From the NCBI GenBank assembly GCA_002269645.1, contig NIVC01001154.1:146077-210076 (forward strand): a stretch of DNA of 64,000 nucleotides. Direction: 5' to 3'. The DNA comes from Macrostomum lignano (Eukaryota). This document shows positions 34,901-50,712 of the stretch, in pieces; the first letter of the stretch is position 1, and every line of letters begins with the position of its first letter. The position numbers and the translations under genes are program-made. The notes beneath the pieces were generated by a model. It worked only from the letters and a program-made list of their open reading frames with translations, did no database searches and had not been told where the DNA came from.

Positions 34901-36336
34901 CCGACAGCAACAACAACCGGGTGCAGGTGGGGTCTAGAATTCAAATTGGCGCGATTCTAATTTGCCTGCACACTTACTAGTACTAAGTTACTAGTCTCTT
35001 ACTAGTAATCTAGTGCCCACTTCGGGGCGCCTAGCAAGCAAGCGACGAAAATATATTTATGTGAATCCTATTTGCCTTGACACCTAAAGCAATTCCCCCA
35101 GTAAGCCTTGACATCTCAACAATTCCCCCAGTTAGCCTTGACATCTCTGTAGTTCCCCCAGTAAGCCTTGACATCTCAACAATTTCTCCAGTAAGCCTTG
35201 ACATCTCAACGATTCCCCCTGTAAGCCTTGACATCTCTGTAGTCCCCCCAGTAAGCCTTGACATCTCAACAATTCCCCCAGTAAGCCTTGACATCTCGAC
35301 GATTCCCCCAGTAAGCCTTGACATCTCAACAATTCCCCCAGTAAGCCTTGACATCTCAACAATTCCCCCAGTAAGCCTTGACATCTAGACGATTCCCCCT
35401 GTAAGCCTTGACATCTCTGTAGTCCCCCCAGTAAGCCTTGACATCTCAACAATCCCCCAGTTAGCCTTGACATCTCTGTAGTTCCCCCAGTAAGCCTTGA
35501 CATCTCGACGATTCCCCCTGTAAGCCTTGACATCTCGACGATTCCCCCTGTAAGCCTTGACATCTCGACGATTCCTCCTGTAAGCCTTGACATCTCAACA
35601 ATTCCCCCCCCTCCCAGTAAGACTTGACATCCTAGACATCCATCACCCAGCAGACACCTGTATGACAGAATCTAGATGTATAACTTAGATAATACATGTA
35701 CAGATGTCCTATGTATAATCAAGAGATATCCGTGTCCCCCAATCTAGAGATATACAGGAACCCTGTTCCCCAATCAATATCCCTGTCCCCTAATCTAGAG
35801 ATACCTGTCCTACAATCTAGAGATATCCCTGTTCCCTATCTAGTGATGACCATGACACCCCGATCCAGCAATGCATGCATGTGCCCTGTCAACAGTCTTG
35901 AGAACTACTGCTAAATCTATACATGTAGAGGACTATTACATATACATATGCATTTAGTGAACTACGACACTATACATGTAAAATAATGCTCTCGAAGCCA
36001 CGGACGTGTAAAAACTATAAAACTCACAATATTAAACTTCAGGCCTTCGAAAGTACCGATGGCGGCTTCCGTTTCAAATTCGGCGTCGAAGGCTCCGGCG
36101 CCGGCCAGATGCGTCATCCGCGCGGCCTCGCCTGCGACTCAGCCGGCCGCATCATCGTGGTGGATGCTGGCAATAGCCGGCTGCAGGTTTACCAGCGGGA
36201 CGGCGCCTTCCTCTGCCACTGGGGCGCCACAGGGCGCCGGCCCGGCTGTTTTAAAGGCGCCGAAGGAATCGCCGCGCTGCCGGACGGCCGGCTGGCGGTC
36301 ACCGACCGGGACAACAACCGGGTGCAGCTGTTTTGA
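25905..36336 (+). CDS. TRIM-NHL-like E3 ligase: RING-HC, coiled coil, Q34 tract, 6 NHL repeats; 4 exons, about 781 aa
   Basis: Exons 25905-27317, 27461-27826, 34654-34926 and 36043-36336, all phase 0 with GT-AG. RING CPVC..DPRLLPCQHTFCLRPC..CPLC (NHL-1/Abba-like) and six FG..G...G...P.G.A......V.D..N.R.Q.F repeats. Confidence 0.88.
28600..29070 (-). pseudogene. Internally deleted Crypton-like (DUF3504-type tyrosine recombinase) remnant
   Basis: ELNQLERDGIPDSSARQMEDNVSRFKTFL..DLLRIPKSILANYLRFFYSTLRTKDERPCSRSS resembles the N-terminus of animal Crypton recombinases. It is joined out of frame to a FSGTFQNCTFDF C-terminal motif; the catalytic core is absent. Confidence 0.6.
29929..30502 (+). mobile_element. 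Tc1/IS630-derived MITE (about 170-bp TIRs, TA TSD) nested in the P element
   Basis: Inverted arms at 29929-30100 and 30335-30502. The centre encodes MANQLRLTSNEDRERLVNA*..YAATGEFHALQR, homologous to the transposase N-terminus at 17413; both families share the TATTGGTTTTTGC terminus. Confidence 0.78.
30573..33416 (-). pseudogene. Spliced THAP + P-element (THAP9-like) transposase with one frameshift near 31455
   Basis: THAP-like AVCEKHWP..RYERPVDPPSVF; SSSAYSQLR..LPLPHQRTLR, LLFDEMYV, VCDNHPTNR, DMVHLLKSIRNNW, TDPLEGEFGVYRQMSGGN. Probable GT-AG introns at about 33385, 33087-32995 and 31030-30950. Confidence 0.82.
35088..35625. repeat. 30-bp minisatellite (ATTCCCCCAGTAAGCCTTGACATCTCAACA), about 18 units, TRIM-NHL intron 3
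   Basis: Tandem units visible directly. Confidence 0.95.
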
Positions 36337-36504
36337 ATTAATCTATTTTCTTTTCATCTGTTGTGGTTATTTCTATTGCCCATTGCCCTCCCTATACAGT
36401 TGTGCGTTGATGAGGCTTTCTTTTTATACACTGCATGCTTATCATGAGCTGCTTTGATATCACATTGAATGGCATACATGCTCTTCGTGTTCTTTTTCTA
36501 GATG

Positions 36505-36690
36505 TTTTGGGCTGTGTTCTCGACTCTTGTTGGGTGTTCAGGGCTGTGTTGTCGACTCTTGTTGGGTGTTCAGGGCTGTGTTCTTGACTCCTGTGGGTGT
36601 TTAGGGCTGTGTTCTTGACTCCTGTGGGTGTTTAGGGCTGTGTTCTCGACTCTTGTTGGGTGTTCAGGGCTGTGTTCTCTCTCTAATTGT
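36505..36690. repeat. About 32-33-bp tandem repeat (GGGTGTTCAGGGCTGTGTTCTCGACTCTTGTT) downstream of the TRIM-NHL stop
   Basis: About 5 degenerate units. Confidence 0.8.
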
Positions 36691-38585
36691 TGGGTGTTCA
36701 AAGCGGTGTTCTCACTTCTCTGGGTGCTTAGACCTGTGTTTAGACTTTAGATGTATCGATAAGTGCTTCGACAAGCGCATATACATTTCGCAGGCAAGCA
36801 CAGGTACATGCAAGATTAAAAAGTTACTGGACTAGCACAGTTTTATCACATATCGCTTGTAGTTCTGCTGCGATCCAAGTCACTTTCACGTTCACTTTGA
36901 TTTTTAATCATGTATCAAAATATGTATCAAAAAACAAATAGCGCTCAGTGCTCATTGGCGCCCATGGCATAAGGGCTTTGTTGTGCTTGCTTGAGATGCT
37001 TATTTTCAAACCCAACTGCCTATTCGCTATCTTATGATGCAACATGATGGCGCGACTACAAGGCGCGCAAAAGTTACGATTTTATTTTTTTACAAGTCAA
37101 ATTGCCAATTTTCATAGAAATATATTAATACAAACAATATAAGCACTATTCAACGTTTACTATTAATATGAAGACGACTTTGTGTTTAACAGATCTAATC
37201 TACGATCCAGCAAGTCACCGAGCTTGTGACTGTGAGTGAATGCGCGGGCGCTTAAAGAAATTTTAAATCGAGTTAACAAAAAGCAGAGTTTTTTTTCTCA
37301 AACTACATTGTTTTATTCAGTACGCTTACTTACGCGTGTGTAGCATTTGTAAGTAGTATATCAACAACAATTCTAGCCGCAAAAGAGAAAGAATTCACGC
37401 TTTAAATCAAAGCATAGTCAACCAGAATACAATGTTAGCTAAGAAAAAGTGTAATTATAACGAAGCTTATAATTAATTAACCTGTGTGCCGCGTCAACTC
37501 GATCAGGCTATCAATAATCAGGCTTAAATAAGTAGAGCAGATGGGATTAGCAATAATTGATCACATACATATAGAGGGATTAACAGAAGCTCGCTAGAGA
37601 GTAGGAGATTCTCATTTTATCATCATAAAACTTTGTATAAAACAGTTTAGCAGCGTAACAATTAGCGTCAATTACGTTAACAATCAAGTTTAAATAAATG
37701 AAAAATATCTACACAGGAGGGTACAAAGCGGGAGTGAATTCATTATTATAAGAAATGATAATGTTAAACAATTAGAAGCAAGCGATGGCATGCGTCCTGT
37801 AAAATGTTTTAGACCGAATCAGTTTTTGGACTTAGCGTAGCATATTTCAATAATGATACAAACAATGGGCACAAAGCAGAGAACTGGAAAATTGAAAAAG
37901 CGGATGTCTACTACAGCTACTAACAGTAGTCGGGCTGAGAGTTTCTCCTGAGAGAAGCCCCCATAATTAGCATCGATTGGCTACTGAAGATTCCTTAATT
38001 CCTTAGTTCTAGTTCTAGAGTGAACCAAAGAGTCCTCTATGCAAGCTTCGCTCCTCAGTTAAACTGACACGGGAGATCTCGCATTGGCAAACAAAGCTTG
38101 AAACTTTATTCAAGCAAAATAAGTCTTTTTCACTCTATCCAAAAACCGACGCCGTAGGTTTAAAAAAAAGATTTCTAGGATCGCCGATAGTTCTTAGTTC
38201 GAGAGTACTGCTCTAATACATCAGTGTTAGTCTATTTCATCAATGCAATCGGTTGAACATGTCCAGGGTGGTGTCTGTGCACTGCAGCTTAAACAGTTTT
38301 TACCATAGACAACTAAGGGACCTTCAGTAGCCAATCAATGCAAACGGGGGCATCGCGGAGCAAAATCGCACCCCCAAATTTAAAGCAGACGGTCAATCCA
38401 TGATTTCGTCTATGGCCTAAACCAACAGCATAACTGATGCCCGCAACTGCTATGGCCTAGACGCCAAACATGTACATAAACACTGTTTTTATATTCCTTC
38501 ACCCGTGCCTATCGCACGCTCCCATAAAGTTAAACAGTCACGTGACCCCCATCGAACCAAGCAAAAACTCTAAATTAATGTAGCT

Positions 38586-41588
<3,003 letters not shown>

Positions 41589-43736
41589 ACTGCTGGACGT
41601 GCTGTATGAGTGCGAAGACCACGCCAGCTTTGCTGAATTGAATGCAGTCGGGTTAGAAGTTTAAGCATCATTGACTTTAGTCATTCTTAGACTTGAATTT
41701 ATCTTAGCCTCAATTTTGTTTGAACTCTATTCTGGGTTTTTAAGCATCAAAATCACTGTTGCAATCCTAAGTCCAAAATTAGGATGCCAACTGGGCATCT
41801 ATCAAAAAGGTCAAAATCAAATAAATATCAACATCTCTACCCTACCCTTTACATTGGAGAAGTCTGCAGACTCCATGTTGATGCTTCAAATGAAATATGA
41901 ATTAAAGAAAATTAATGGAACTTTAATCTAAATACTATCTAGCTTGGTTTAAACAAGGCAATAATTAGGAATCTGGGATCAAAATTTTGGGCGCCAAAAT
42001 TAAAGTGGATATGATAATCATTCGTGGAAATGAAAATACCAATACCAATACCAAAAGAAGATAGAAGAAAGATACTTTAATTAAAGAATAAAAAGCTCTG
42101 GGTCTAAAATTCCAAATGATGAGCTACAACTAAAATAAAGTTAGTAGGCTAAGAAGCCTAAATATGACAACTAGTTTATACATATTCTAGCATAAACTGC
42201 AATAGACCAAGGGTAGACCTAGAATTTAGTTGCAAAATTGGTAACTTTTAAAATGATTTTTTTTTCTTTGATATTATAATTTTGATTAAAACTATAAGCA
42301 AAACTTGTAACATCATTGATATATTTCATTATTTAAATAATAAGCTTTCTTAAAGGGGATGCTTTGAATAGCCTTTATGTATAGCTGATGCAATTATATC
42401 AAATGAGACTAAAAAAGAGACTAAGCCAATTAGATTAACAAAATAAATAGGACTACTTTAGTTTGCTTAACAAAAAATGCAAAAGTAATTACTTTTATTA
42501 GATTAGGCTACTTTTTTTAACATAAATGGATCTTAGTCATTTTGTCAATTGGAAAGAGTAGAAAAGAATGTTTTATAGTTGATTGCTTTATTAATTGCAA
42601 ATATAAGATCCAAATGACTAGACTAGAGTTCTGCCATAACCAAATTTTTCCTATATCTATATCCATAGCTGTATTTTGAAAATTTTCTGTAGCCTATCCA
42701 TATCCATATTTGTAGCAAAAAACTTTCTGTAACTATTGTACAATGCCAAGACCTGGACCCTAATGGACACATTATAGAGGCAGCTAGATACTGCACATAT
42801 GGCCATGCTATATGTGGCATTTGGAATATGCAGCAATTTTGTATTGAAAGTTAAATATCTTAACTTTAACCCTCTACTCCTATTCCAAACTCAATATGCA
42901 CATAGTGTCAAACATATATGTCTTTGTTGTTTGAATTCCCAATTCTAAGGACTTAGGAGCTTCTCTCACATTGAAAGTGAAAATATTCATCTTAAATTTA
43001 GCCTTCAGCATCCCAACCCCATCCTAGTCCCTGACCATAGAGACTTAAAAGCTCCCCTTGAAAGTGAAAAAAATCAACTTAGGCCTAACTTTAGGCTACC
43101 ACCCAATCCCAATATATACATGGTATTAAAACTCAATTGCTAAGTTTCCAAATCTATGCAGGGACTTAGAGCTCTCCTTGGAATGTGAAAACATTAACAT
43201 TAACTATTAACTTAAGCCTTTACCACCCAACTACAATATGGACATAATATTGACAATCTATGTTAATGCTTGAGTCATAAATTCTAAGGACTTATGAGTT
43301 CCTCCTACTTTGAAACTGCCAACATTCATTTATTTTTACTATTGTAACCTTATCAAATCAATAGCTCTAATGGTCTTTTAATTCTTAATTGAGTGGTATT
43401 ACTAGGCCCTAGATATAAGAACTAGATATAAGGCAATATGTGTTCCCATAACTATATATATATTTATTATTTGTATGCTTTGCCATTTGTAATTTGTAAT
43501 TTTTATTATTTGTAAGCCATAGCCATATCTATACATGCCTAACATCTGTCCAACCTGTCTAAACTAGGTGGGTGAAATGGCTACCAGCCAAGGTAAGCTG
43601 CAAAATTGAAAATGCAAAAAACAAAAATTGGGAAAAGAAGAGAGAGGAAGAAAAAAAGAAAAGAAAGGAAAGAGAAGAGAGGGAGGGGAAAGAAAAGAGA
43701 AAAAGAAAGAGAAAAGAGAAAAAGGCAAGAAAAGTC

Positions 43737-43848
43737 GGCTATCCTGTAGTTTCGCACGTTTAATTATAACCCCCACCCCCCACCACCCTTGAATAGAGGG
43801 CGAAATAATTCCGTAAAATAATTTAACGTGCGAAACTACAGGATAGCC
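43737..43848. mobile_element. 112-bp MITE, 24-bp perfect TIRs, 8-bp TSD (Merlin- or MULE-type termini)
   Basis: GGCTATCCTGTAGTTTCGCACGTT at 43737-43760 is inverted at 43825-43848; TSD GAAAAGTC at 43729-43736 and 43849-43856. Confidence 0.8.
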
Positions 43849-44558
43849 GAAAAGTCATATACTAAGTGAAAATTAAGTCACAATTGGGGGAACTAAATCA
43901 CAATTCAGAGAAACTAAGTTGCACCAAACAGGTGAAATTTTGAGGTTGGGCATGTATGACTATATCTATAGCTATGGCAGAACTCTCTCTTGACTAGATA
44001 TTTTGTTAGGCCTAACTTACTAATGCTCAGTGTTTGGCATGGGGGATATGCAATTTTTTGGTTTTGTTTTATTTTGTTCTGGTTCTGGAATCGACTGCCA
44101 TGAAGAGGCTCCTAGATTATCATTATTGCCCTAGAAGTTCTATAAATTTTAGTTTAAAACTTTAAATTTTAAATTAGGCCTAAACAATTTTGTACATTTA
44201 AACTGTAAGTGCTAGATAACACAGATAAAACAGCTAGGTAAAACTTTTGACAGGTTCATTGAAGAGCCTCTTCATGGCAAATTGATTCTCGAACCAGAAT
44301 TGGTTCGGATTTCCAAGAAAAAAACAGTATAACTGTTTAACTTTGTTGAATGTTTGACTGCCTTAACAGCCTCACTTTGCACAATTTCTCACTTTCTTCT
44401 TGGCTATTGCCATTCGATAATCACAATTTTAAAGCACTAATATCCCTCTAGTCTAGTTTAGGAGACAAAAAGTTATAGGCCTACTTTACAAATTGGTTCT
44501 GGTTCTAGAACCAGAAGAAGCAATATGAAGAGCCTCGAACAGATTAGGTTGGCCTGAA

Positions 44559-47500
44559 GGGTGCAGCCCATTTCGGCGAAGAAATTTTCGGCGAAAGACG
44601 CTTCAGCGAAAGTGAATTTTAAGTTTCAATAGATGTACATTTCGGCGAAAGAAAGTGACCAGTTCGGCGAAAAGATGGGCTACGACTACGTATAGGCCTA
44701 TATTGCAAATATACTACTTTGGTGATTGAAGCTTTTTTTTAATAAATTGTTCATTATTTGCAGTTAGAAAATTTAAAAACTCATGACTTAACTCGTAGTT
44801 ATGTATATGCGATCTGCCGATCTATCGATATACAGTCGATAGATTAGGGATGATGACGGTGTGGTTTTTCAGATTAAATCCCAGGGTCGTTCTCAAATTC
44901 TGGGAGGAGCGAAAATTTTAACAATTTTCGGAACATTTACTATTGTTACTGCCGTATTGAAAATAATAGGACACTTTCATCTGTGAATAAAGATAATTTT
45001 TGGGTTGAAATTTATGTTGCAAAAGTGTTTTAAGTTGTCTTGCGGTATTAGGCGATATTAGGTGATGAAAAAATTCAAATTCAATCACTTCACCGATGTC
45101 CTAATTTTTGACACTATGATGTCTGTAGCTAAAAAAAGTTGTTGTTGTGTTGAAAACTTGCTATATTACATTTAAAATGAAAGCTTATATAAATTTAATT
45201 TAAGATTTTTTTAAAGCTTAATAAACTGCACTATAAATGATTTTATAGACGCTTAACTGTTCGCCTAGCATTTCCGGTGGGATAGCCTCTTTGCGTCTCA
45301 CAAAATGTATTTTTCAGCTGACGTCTAGAATGTGCGCTTAAAATGATACATTTTGATGCAGATAATTAGAAAAACATGTCTTATTATCTTTTTGTAAAAA
45401 ATTGTTATGAAATAGAGCACTATTGTTGATAAAAATAATTAAAAGCAACCATGCATCGCAATAAACTCCTACTTTGAAGCACAAAATACATATCCTGTAA
45501 CCACACTAGCATTCTCCATGGAGCACCTTTTGAGCTGAAATTTTACACAGATATCCAGTAAAGTAAACTGAGCAAATGATTTTTTTTGTTTTTGAAAATA
45601 CTTCAATTTGGCTATGTATCAGTTAGTTCATTGGACATATTTATTATATTTTTATTAGAATCCTTGTAACCAAGCTACAGAGAAACATGTGCAAAACTGG
45701 ACCTTGAAATTTGACCTGAATGATCAGCAAATGTGTATCTCGAAATGATTTTTTTTGTTTTCATCAAGTCATTCTATGCTAATTTTTTCTGAAGGGAAAG
45801 ATACCATGTATTTAGAGTCAATAGGGGAAGCATTTAGACTTATTCAATAGTCATTAAAATTGCAACTATATTATTATAATATAGTAATAATATTATACAT
45901 GTATTATATAGTAATATTAACTTCTAAGATGCCCTTATAAATTTAAGTAAAGACAACAGGCCTTAATTAATTAATCAGCATTTTGAAGAAACTGACCTTA
46001 TACAGATGGGCCCCAAGCTAAGAAATGAATGTAGAGCTTATTTCGTGTAAGGTATAAAAATCAATTTATTATAATATTAAATACTCCTAATAAATTGGTT
46101 AAATTAGTTATTTACCTTGAATTAATTTAATTTAATAATTAAATATATAAATTTGTTTCACTTCTTACTGCATTTAAATAGAGTACCTCTCTACTATACT
46201 ATAGAAGTATAGTAAAAGTATATGGTAAAAAAGTATAGTAAAAAATTTTCTTTGGTTTAATCCCAGCTTGCCTCAGTTTTTTAGTCTTAATACGAGCTAG
46301 ATAGTAAGTGTTGATTAATTTGCTCCATCACCTTTTGCCACGGAAACAGCACATGTCGGACATGCAACACTCTTCCTGATCCCTGGATTCAAGATGACTG
46401 CTTCTGCTTCTTCAATGCTTGAAAACTGAGCTCATGGAGCTTTAGGTTATGCTGTCAGAGTGCTGCTGCCGGTGCTGTGTGTGTATGTGTGTGTCTTCTG
46501 CGGGTAGGTTCCCTGTCCCTCAGTTTAGCCACTGTTGTGGGCTAACTGGAGGAATTGCCGTTGTCGGTGCTGCAGGTGGCACTGCATGGTAGTATTGACG
46601 CTGTCAGTGACGCTGGCAAAGGCTTGGACGAAGCTAGGTGCCGTCATTGTCAGGAGGACATGCGTGTGCTGCTTAGACCAGTGCGCACATTCGACTGGAC
46701 TCGTATCTGGTGCAGTCTGGTGTATTCACTGAGATTGTGTGGATCTGCCTCCTCGCATCACCTCAACCAGGCTCAATTTCTTTTGTAGAATTTTCGTGCG
46801 CTGCTTAACTGCATCTTGTGCCTGCTGAGTGATGCCAAGAATTGTGCCACACAATAATTTGGCCCATAAACTACTCGTATATTATACATATGTATGCACA
46901 GCACACACACACGCAGTTCATTCACATTAAACGTACTAGTTAATGGAATTCTCATCTCATGAGCTCTAGTCTATGGACAAACCTGAAATTACTAGAATAT
47001 CTAGACAGATCTAAACTTCTTTGAGCAGTGCGCTGCGCTGCGAGCAAATACATGTAGATTCCTTAGCGCAACTAATTAATAGTGTAGTACAGTCTACAGC
47101 CTGAAGTAGCCTGTGTAAGATGCGGAGGGATGATTTTTGCATAGGAAGCCACTACGGTAAGGTTGATGGAACTATGGGGAGGTGAGAGATTCAAAGCGAG
47201 GGACGGAAGCCATGCATAGTTCGATCATAAGTTTGATTATTGCATGAGTCTGGGGATGCATTAACGAGAGGCAGACGAGAGCATAGAAATAAAGCGGGCT
47301 AAATATATTAATACACAAAATTACATGTACTAGCTAGTAATTTCAGAATGGTCAGCGACTCCTCCGATTTGTATCCGCGACCGCGTGCCCACAAATCCCC
47401 CGGAAGACCCTGTCGCAGTTGGTGGTTGTGCACAGAATACAATGTTAATTTTCGAGCTTCTCTGCAAAAAATGCGTGATGCACTCAAGATGCGTGCTATA

Positions 47501-48969
47501 GTCTACTTCTCTGATTGATGGCTGGGTTTTGCCTTTTCGCTTGTGATCATCAAAAGCTTGGGCGTCATTGCTACTGGTGTTTCAGTGTGCGCATTATGTC
47601 TGGTTATCATATTATGTGCATGTGCAGTGTCTTTTACCTACATTTTTGTTTGTCTCTGTTTCCTGCATGCTCTTTCGCATTTTTACACCTCGCACATCCT
47701 CATTTTTCTCAATTAACAAGTGAAATCTTTTCTTAAAGACTAATTGCTATTTTAGTTAAGCTAGTAGGTTTTTGGTAATTAAATAATTCAATTTTGTCTA
47801 TTTTCCAAAAAGTTTCAAGAAATGAATTAATTAAAATAAATTTGAATTATTTTAAGTTAATTGGAGTAAAATGTCTAATAAGTAACTATGATTTTTTATT
47901 TTAAGTACATGTAGCTTTGGTATAAGTATTAATGTAATGAGTACTTAAAGTAAAATCAAGCAAGTTATAGTTTTCAGAAATTATGCTACAAATAATCAAA
48001 TATATACTAGTATCTGAATTCCTTTATTAAGGAACATGCAGTCGATATTAAATCCACAATGTGCTCTTTGGTGTTCAAGGATAGTTCCCTGACTTTTTCT
48101 ATTATTAGTTAGATTTTATTATATTTAATGTAAAAATGAACAATTCTATTCAAGGTAAAAATGAACATTCTTTATTTGTCGAATCATCTTGCCTTTGAAA
48201 AGATACATAGTGAAAACTTGATTTTTAATTCAACCTTTCAAGACTTATTTAGACTTCTCAATTCAGTGATTAGTTAAACTGATCGAAGTTCTTTCGAGTG
48301 CATGCTATAATAATTTCGCACTTTTTCGCACACGATAATTTTAAATGTCTGGGATTTAGAGCAGAGTAACAAAATGCTGTGCTCAAAAACATTTCCTTTG
48401 TCAATTTCTTGTTCTTTTATTTTTGCAAAAGAAATTTAACTGCATATTTAAAATAAAAATGGAATAAAATTTTATTTTCTCTTTAATATTTTTGTCGTTT
48501 ATTTTCCGCAACAAAGAATAACAAATAGCCTTGATTTCTTCTCAATTTCAAGTTTTCTTGTGGTTTTAGTAGCAGCTTCTTACAGAAATTGTCAAAAGAA
48601 TTTTTTTTGTACGATTATTGGTCGATGTATAAACTTTTTTTGCAATAACAAAAAGTTGTGACCTAGCTTTGAGAACGACCCCCCAGTCTCCTAAAATCGT
48701 ACTTTGAAATTCCGCCGTAATGGAAGGGCATCTAATAAAACAACTAAATTAAACTGCGACAAAACAAAAACATGTTTAGATAAAATAAGTCTCTTTAAAG
48801 TTCATCGTTTTTTTTAACTTACTTCTAAAACAAAAAACTTCTCAGCAAAGCTTAGAATAAATTTTTCGCCGAAATGGTCTGCAGCTTTAGACGAAATGCT
48901 CATTGCGAAAGTATTTTTCGCCGTTATTGACTTTCGCCGAAAATTCTTTCGCCGAAGTAGGTTGAAAGC
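44559..48969. mobile_element. 4.4-kb non-autonomous DNA transposon (MULE-like) with TTCGGCGAA subterminal repeats and 8-bp TSD
   Basis: Imperfect TIRs GGGTGCAGCCCATTTCGGCGAA / GCTTTCAACCTACTTCGGCGAA; TSD GGCCTGAA at 44551-44558 and 48970-48977. No transposase found inside. Confidence 0.65.
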
Positions 48970-49683
48970 GGCCTGAAGAAAGAGGATTACGAATGAAAAA
49001 AAATTCAGCAAAAAATTATATATTCATGCATTAAATAAGATTATAGTTAGTGAAGCCACGCGGTTTTAAATTATGAAATTAAAATTATTTATACAGCGTG
49101 AAAGTCTCTAAGGCTTTTCTTTTTAACAATTCCGGAACCAGAATCCAATTTTAAGCTTTTCATATTGCCTGTTCCATAACAGGTTCCAGAAGCGTGTTTT
49201 GGTTCTGGAATTTGGATTGAGAAATTTTCTTGATCCGTTATCATGTTCACACTTTATTCTTTAACAGTAGAATATATTTGAAATTGTTAATTTTTTTTGT
49301 TATCAACATATTAATACTCTGTTGTTTGTCTTATCCAAGACAAAGCAAAGTTAAGGAAAGACAAATTTAGGTTGTAAAATACTAACAAACATAAAATGGG
49401 TTCGAAGCTTTTCATTTTCCTACCAATTTTGGTCCTGGAATCGGAATTAGGCCTACTCTTGTTCTAGAACCAATCTTTATAAAAAAGCCTAATTGAAGTC
49501 CTATGGATGTTATATTTATATATCTTCTTCTGGTTATAATGCAGAGCAGAGCCTATGAGTGTAGTAAAATATTTTTGACCAACCTTCTATATTTCAAGTT
49601 TTGATAAAAAAATTTTTTCACTTTTTTAACAGGCTAAGGCTTAGTTTTGTTGTGCCTGTTAGGTAACAACTTTTAGGCGGTTC

Positions 49684-50119
49684 CTGGACACTTCGTCATC
49701 TTACCACTTCGTCATCCACTCTTATTATTGGACACTTCGTCATCTTACCACTTCGTCATCCACTTACTAATGTGGACACTTCGTCATCTACTCCCTGGAC
49801 ACTTCGTCATCCACATTTTGTATGAAAAACTTTGCTATATGTAACATGTATACTCGTACATGCAACTACATAACTATATAAAGATAGCCGAACCGAGGGA
49901 TGTGACCCAGGCGAGAGCAGCTAAGCAGGAAGCTGCGGATGGAGAGTTCGCCAGCTCGATATTTAGCCCAGTTGCGCTCTGCAGACTCCTGCAGACTGCA
50001 GACTGCAGGCCCATGTGTTGTACACGGCGAAAAATTGCTTGGGAGTAGTGGAATAGGCAGCCCTGCAATTTAGCACGAGGAAAAACGGAGCGCAGTGACT
50101 TCCAGACAGCAGATTCAAA
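49684..50119 (-). mobile_element. MULE fragment: terminal GGACACTTCGTCATC repeats plus transposase piece
   Basis: Repeat array at 49684-49815. Minus strand 50119-49874 reads FESAVWKSLRSVFPRAKLQGCLFHYSQAIFRRVQ (MULE DFE..FP..GCxFH signature, cut before FE). Confidence 0.72.
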
Positions 50120-50712
50120 CCCAGCGGAAAAACCAACGTTGATTCAACGTTGTTGCCCTCCGTTGGCCCTCCGTTGGGCGTGTCTGGAGGAAAATCCGTT
50201 GATACAACGGCGGTTTACCAACGGCAGTCCAACTGCGAATCAACGCTATTCCAACGGTCAAAATATTGTTAGAGGTGCTGATCCACGTGAAATAAAGTAT
50301 GAAAAAAGCCAATTTTCGCAATCAAATGTGTCATGTCACTCATGTGTCCAAAAACGTTACATTTTAAAGTTGAGACATTTGGCAAAGATCTATATATTTG
50401 TCAAATGAAATTACAGCAAAGCAAAAAAATTTCTCGCATGCATACGCGTTTAAAGTCTCAGGGTTAGGTATAAGTGTAATCATTGGCAATTATTGCAAAC
50501 TAAATTACTTGTTTATAGGATGATATGATGGCTTCAACAACGTTTTTTATAAATCATTTCTTTATTTTTGAATAATAACTAACTGACTGTGTCCAATGAT
50601 TGTACTGCACATAAGCTAAGTAGCTAAATTGACACAACATACGATCAATATCCCATTCTAGCCTGCTGATTATCTCAAATTGTACTGCTCACAGGTTATG
50701 ACTCCAAACCAG

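Noticed and set aside
35031-35593. MSRLTGGIVE repeat protein
   Set aside because: Translation of an intronic 30-bp minisatellite.
43572-43763. Lys/Glu/Arg-rich ORF
   Set aside because: Purine-rich low-complexity tract (43620-43730).
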